Shown here one piece after another: positions 59,964-64,000 of a DNA stretch of 64,000 nt. The first letter of the stretch is position 1. Each line of letters begins with the position of its first letter. The stretch is from Nanobdellota archaeon (GTDB lineage Archaea; Nanobdellota; Nanobdellia; Pacearchaeales; GW2011-AR1), in the NCBI GenBank assembly GCA_038045385.1, contig JBBSYE010000001.1, positions 42,165 through 106,164 of the forward strand. The letters are read 5' to 3'. The position numbers and the translations under genes are program-made. The notes below the pieces were generated by a model. It saw only the letters and a list, made by a program, of their open reading frames with translations. It had not been told where the DNA came from and searched no databases.

Positions 59964-60755
59964 TTAAAGTTTCTTTCTTAATGCAGCAAATGGTTTTAAT
60001 ACGTCAGGGTTTAGAACTCCTTCTAATCCTTTCATTGCACCGTCAAAAGCCTGTAAATCTGCCATAGTATATGCTTTTATGTTTGAAGCACCTTTTCCGG
60101 GCGCACTAAGCGCCTCCGGCGCTATACCGAGCAAACGGCCATCGTCATAGTCAAGATCGCCCCCGCCGAGCGCATACGACCCGTACTCGAGCCAGTCGAC
60201 AACCCACGCCCTCATCTTTGGAGCGTCGCCTGCTGAATCTGGGTAAACTCCCATTGCAGTATCATAACTAAATCTTTCCTTGCCTTCCGCAAAGATAAAA
60301 TCAGTATAATCATTAAGTAATGTCTGATCTCTAGCTAACACTTTCCATACAGGATGAGCTTTAACATCTTCTCTTGAAAGTGGAGTTTCTGTCTTTCCAA
60401 GTTTTCCTTTCTTGAATTCTTCTCCTTGTAAAGCATTGTAAACATCATCTGTTAAAGTTAAAGCACCATTACTTCTTGGACTTTCAGGAGTCATATCTCT
60501 TAAAGTTTGAGAATCAAGAACAATCTTTACTCTCCCATCTGGGTGATACACAACGGCATCTCCAGTATCGAAATAATTATCCATATAAGAAGTTTTAACG
60601 GCCTTATCAGAATTTCTAACATCAAGTCGTCTTTGCATCAATTGAGAAACATTCATAGGAACTCTGCCATCCGCTATCAATTTCGGCATTTGCTTTACAT
60701 TCTGGCCGTAAAATTCCTGATATACTTCTCTTGTTGCATTTAGCTTTAATCCCAT
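59964..60755 (-). CDS. DGR target (variable) protein
   Basis: contains the VR at aa ~182-212; no signal peptide or TM; own BRE/TATA (60777-60784). Confidence 0.92.
   Translation of the reverse strand: MGLKLNATREVYQEFYGQNVKQMPKLIADGRVPMNVSQLMQRRLDVRNSDKAVKTSYMDNYFDTGDAVVYHPDGRVKIVLDSQTLRDMTPESPRSNGALTLTDDVYNALQGEEFKKGKLGKTETPLSREDVKAHPVWKVLARDQTLLNDYTDFIFAEGKERFSYDTAMGVYPDSAGDAPKMRAWVVDWLEYGSYALGGGDLDYDDGRLLGIAPEALSAPGKGASNIKAYTMADLQAFDGAMKGLEGVLNPDVLKPFAALRKKL
60097..60119. other. GC-rich hairpin 3' of VR (DGR homing structure)
   Basis: GGCGC-ACTAA-GCGCC with outer CCG/CGG pairs; absent next to the TR. Confidence 0.6.
60121..60211 (-). repeat. DGR variable repeat (VR)
   Basis: A-to-N copy of TR; encodes AWVVDWLEYGSYALGGGDLDYDDGRLLGIA. 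Confidence 0.96.
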
Positions 60756-60810
60756 AGTAATTCTATAAAACTCCTATTTATAAACTTTTCTATTAGTTAC
60801 TACTTAGTAA

Positions 60811-63087
60811 TTACAATACCTTAATTTTATTTAACACTTCTTCTGTATTACCAGTATGTGCTAAAAAGAAATGTAGCTTACCCTTACCTAGCTCAGCCCA
60901 CTTATTGGCAATCTCAACTTTATAGCCAGTATCTTCGTTGCTTATTCTATCTCCGCCCTTCCACTCGATAGCTAGAAAGTTGCCTCTACTCGTTATTGCT
61001 ATAAAATCAGGATAGAATTTATTTGGTCTCCATCCTTGTATATAAAACGGATCTTTCTTTTCTTTATTTCTTACCCAAAATTTGATATTTGGCAAGGCTT
61101 CTGAATCTAACCTTGAAATAAAGGCATGTTCTTCTTTGTTTAACTTTCCAATATCTTCATAAAAATTTCTCTTAAACTTTTCTCCGACTCTATCAGCAAT
61201 CATAACTTTATCTGAGAATTTCTCAAACTCTTTTATTTTAATCTTCTTATCTTTTATAGATTTGTCAAATTGTTTCTTTGCATACTCAATAAGTCTGTCT
61301 CGGATAATCTCATCTAATTTATCTTTAAAAATAAAACGATTAACTGATAGTTCCGATAAACTATATTTCTTAAGCTGATATTCAACTGCCTTGTCCAAAA
61401 ATTTAATCTTATCTCCTTGGTCAATCATGACAAACTTAAGTTTTCCGTCTAACCATGAAATAAGTTCTTTTTCAGAGAAATTCTTATCTAAATAGGTAAT
61501 ATTGAGAGTTGTCTGCCTTTCTTTTACCCATTCGTTTTCTTTATGTATATCTAAAAGAAGTCTGCCATCATTGTCATAATGAATCTTAAAATCAAATTGA
61601 GTGTCTTGCTTGGAAAGTTCAAAATCTTCCCCTATAAGGTCTGCAAACTCTAAAGGCTCATCTTCAAAAGCCATGATCGGGGCAAATAAGTCGTCTTTTA
61701 CAGTTTTTCCTACTTCGAACTCATATTTTGGATTTTTCTCTTGTGCATTGATTAAGTCATATCTGCTAAAGCCGTTTGTTTCTAATCCATCTATAATCTC
61801 ATTTGCTACTTCGTTGAAATTCTTACCTGTTGCAAATATATAGGAATTGTTTAGTTCAGGATTCTTTTTTTCTTTGGCATTAGGAAGCCTTACAATTCTA
61901 CCTATAATCTGCTCAACAGATATTTTAGATCCGATATTTGCTACTGATATTAAAATGTAGGCAAACGAGCAATCCCATCCTTCAGCCAAAGCATTAACTG
62001 TGATGATATAGTTTATTGGACATTTCTTACTGAATAAGTCTACTCCTTCTAACTGGTTTTGAGAAGAAGTTTTTATTGCAATTTCTTCGTCAGGAATCTT
62101 ATGTTCTTTCATTAAGAAATCTTTTATATGTTGAACTGTAACAACAGTAGTCTTATCACTTTCCTTTTCTTGTTGTGCTTGTAGGAGTGCAATAGGTCTA
62201 ATATATTCGCCCTTCTCTTTCTTCGCAATATCAGACAATTCTTTTCTCTTAAGTATTCCTCTAGTTACTGCTTGTTGCCATTGGGAAACGCTCTCTAAAA
62301 CTATTGGAATTTTAACCATCTTCTCTTCTTTTAATTCAACAGAGCTAGTCTTTACCAAAACATTACTTTCTTTTCTTGGAGTTGCAGTATATTCTATGAT
62401 AAAACAGGGGTTAAGGTCTTTCAAAAATTGAATAGATAAATCTGTTTTTGTTCTATGTCCTTCATCTATTACAATTAAAGGATTACTAATTCTTATGACA
62501 TTAGCCAAGGAATTAATCACAGTACCCGACTCGTCTTTCTCTAGTTTGCTATCCTCTGCTAGATTTTCAAAATGACTTATGAGTTCACCGTTTTCTTGAT
62601 AAACTTTATATTTATTCTGTAATTTCTTGTCTTTTCTAAAGGAATCAAGACTAGATACGATAATACAAAGATTATTTTCTACATCTTGCTTTCTTATTCT
62701 TAGAGATTCTTCATTAGAGAAAATTCTTATTTTATTATCAAAATATTCATCTAAGATTTGTCTATGAAAGTCTTTTTTATCATTAAGCTTTCTTAATGTT
62801 TGAGATTTAATCGCTTCAGAAGGAACAAACCATATTATTATTCCTCTTTCTAACTTATTTTCTAAGGAAATATCAATTATTTCTTTAATTGAATGACAAG
62901 CAACAAGAGTCTTACCGCCACCTGTTGGGATCTTAATACATACAAATGGTACATTCCCAAAGAACTCTTCATTATATTTCTCTGCCGCTTTTGAGATAAA
63001 GGCATGCTTTGCTCCAAACTTATTTAATTCCTTTAGATAATCTTTTAACTCTTGAATTGCTTTTTCTTGATATTTCTTTAGTTCCAT
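60811..63087 (-). CDS. res: type III restriction enzyme Res subunit-like helicase/nuclease
   Basis: IPTGGGKT, IDEGH, TATP, EGWD, EQIIGR.VR; C-terminal FYPDF..IEWKG; TAATG coupling to mod. Confidence 0.9.
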   Translation of the reverse strand: MELKKYQEKAIQELKDYLKELNKFGAKHAFISKAAEKYNEEFFGNVPFVCIKIPTGGGKTLVACHSIKEIIDISLENKLERGIIIWFVPSEAIKSQTLRKLNDKKDFHRQILDEYFDNKIRIFSNEESLRIRKQDVENNLCIIVSSLDSFRKDKKLQNKYKVYQENGELISHFENLAEDSKLEKDESGTVINSLANVIRISNPLIVIDEGHRTKTDLSIQFLKDLNPCFIIEYTATPRKESNVLVKTSSVELKEEKMVKIPIVLESVSQWQQAVTRGILKRKELSDIAKKEKGEYIRPIALLQAQQEKESDKTTVVTVQHIKDFLMKEHKIPDEEIAIKTSSQNQLEGVDLFSKKCPINYIITVNALAEGWDCSFAYILISVANIGSKISVEQIIGRIVRLPNAKEKKNPELNNSYIFATGKNFNEVANEIIDGLETNGFSRYDLINAQEKNPKYEFEVGKTVKDDLFAPIMAFEDEPLEFADLIGEDFELSKQDTQFDFKIHYDNDGRLLLDIHKENEWVKERQTTLNITYLDKNFSEKELISWLDGKLKFVMIDQGDKIKFLDKAVEYQLKKYSLSELSVNRFIFKDKLDEIIRDRLIEYAKKQFDKSIKDKKIKIKEFEKFSDKVMIADRVGEKFKRNFYEDIGKLNKEEHAFISRLDSEALPNIKFWVRNKEKKDPFYIQGWRPNKFYPDFIAITSRGNFLAIEWKGGDRISNEDTGYKVEIANKWAELGKGKLHFFLAHTGNTEEVLNKIKVL

Positions 63088-64000
63088 TAGTAAATTCTCA
63101 CCTCATAAGGAATTTGTTTAAACTGAATTTTATGTTTCTCTAAGTTTTCTTCATCAAGAAGACATTTATCTGCGTAAATAACTCGGTTATTATCATCTTT
63201 CTTTATACTCTTTAGAAAAGATTTATTGAGTATATTTTTACCCCTTTCCTTAAAGATAAGATAATAATCTGTTTCGTTAAGGCTTCCAATTAGACTGTTC
63301 TTTATTTGCTTTTTATCTAAGTTCGTTTGTGTTTCCGTAAAATAAATATAATTGGCAAGTTGTTCAAATGTGCATTCTTCATCTATCTTTCCCTCTTCAT
63401 TGAATAATGGTTTATCTAATTCGCAGAATTCAAAACCTCCATTATGGTCTTCCTTCTCAATAGCTCTTTTTATTCTTTCGACAGTTACTTTTTTAGCAAC
63501 GTGATCTTCCATTTCTATCAGAATAAACCTCCTATCTCCTTTGTCTTTTTTATTTAATTGTAGAACTGCGTGTCCTGTTGTTCCTGTCCCGGCAAAAGAG
63601 TCTAATATAATAGATTCTTTATGATCATGAGTAATTATTGCTATTAGATATCTGATAAGACTCGATGGTTTTGGATAGTTGAATACTTTTTCTCCAAAGA
63701 TTTCCTTTAACTCTCGATTTCCATCTAAGGTAAAACCCTGCTCAGAAAAAATACTTCTAGGTTTAATCCTTCTTTCTTCTCCACTTTCGTGCAGATATAT
63801 TTTAGTAAATACTTGCCATTCACCTGATTTCTTATTTTTTACAAAATCTATTTTGCCTTCTTTCTTTGCCTGTAAAAATGTTTCTTTGCTATACCTCCAA
63901 ATATGCGGTTTAATGCTAATTTTTGATCCATCGGGGGCATCTATTTCATATTGTAAATTAGGTCGATTTTCATCTATTCCCGGCTGATAAAGATTATATC
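63087..64000 (-). CDS. mod: type III R-M methyltransferase Mod subunit (3' part; starts beyond the window)
   Basis: frame open to the window edge: FNYPKPSSLI, LDSFAGTGTTGHAV, RRFILIEM. Confidence 0.92.
   Translation of the reverse strand, partial: YNLYQPGIDENRPNLQYEIDAPDGSKISIKPHIWRYSKETFLQAKKEGKIDFVKNKKSGEWQVFTKIYLHESGEERRIKPRSIFSEQGFTLDGNRELKEIFGEKVFNYPKPSSLIRYLIAIITHDHKESIILDSFAGTGTTGHAVLQLNKKDKGDRRFILIEMEDHVAKKVTVERIKRAIEKEDHNGGFEFCELDKPLFNEEGKIDEECTFEQLANYIYFTETQTNLDKKQIKNSLIGSLNETDYYLIFKERGKNILNKSFLKSIKKDDNNRVIYADKCLLDEENLEKHKIQFKQIPYEVRIY

Larger units (their letters stand above)
57704..60755. mobile_element. diversity-generating retroelement cassette
   Basis: RT, TR and VR-bearing target within ~3 kb. 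Confidence 0.93.

Noticed and set aside
63679-63987. 102-aa plus-strand ORF and similar short antisense ORFs across the window
   Set aside because: They lie opposite well-supported genes (here mod) and have no motifs.

Overview
This is a low-GC archaeal chromosomal window, most consistent with a DPANN archaeon such as Pacearchaeota/Woesearchaeota. The assignment is inferred from aIF2-gamma, aIF5B, eS6, archaeal SRP RNA, an intron-containing tRNA, class III signal-peptide pilins and mostly leaderless TATA-driven genes. Positions 1-52 kb hold a type IV pilus locus, SRP RNA, tRNA-Thr(CGT), tRNA-Leu(TAA, intron), argS/ileS/cysS, repair genes, helicases, two paralogous pilin-signal surface proteins, a GH114 and an msrA/DoxX/cytochrome-b5 cluster. 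From ~52.3 kb to the end is a defence island. It carries a catalytically dead short prokaryotic Argonaute coupled to a Schlafen(AlbA_2)-APAZ protein, a UvrD helicase, a wHTH regulator and a type III R-M pair, with a diversity-generating retroelement (DGR) in the middle. The DGR is directly visible: TR 59125-59215 versus VR 60121-60211 differ at 16 of 91 positions, all at TR adenines. Its architecture is unusual. The RT is antisense to the TR and carries a C-terminal RecQ-type HTH after a homopolymer frameshift. No Avd is evident. The TR lies in a self-contained ~250-nt structured RNA with its own TATA box. The RT promoter is flanked by operator-like inverted repeats shared with a divergent regulator, and the target is a cytoplasmic protein with an internal VR. 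Several frameshifts are one-base-short homopolymers, which suggests sequencing or assembly error.
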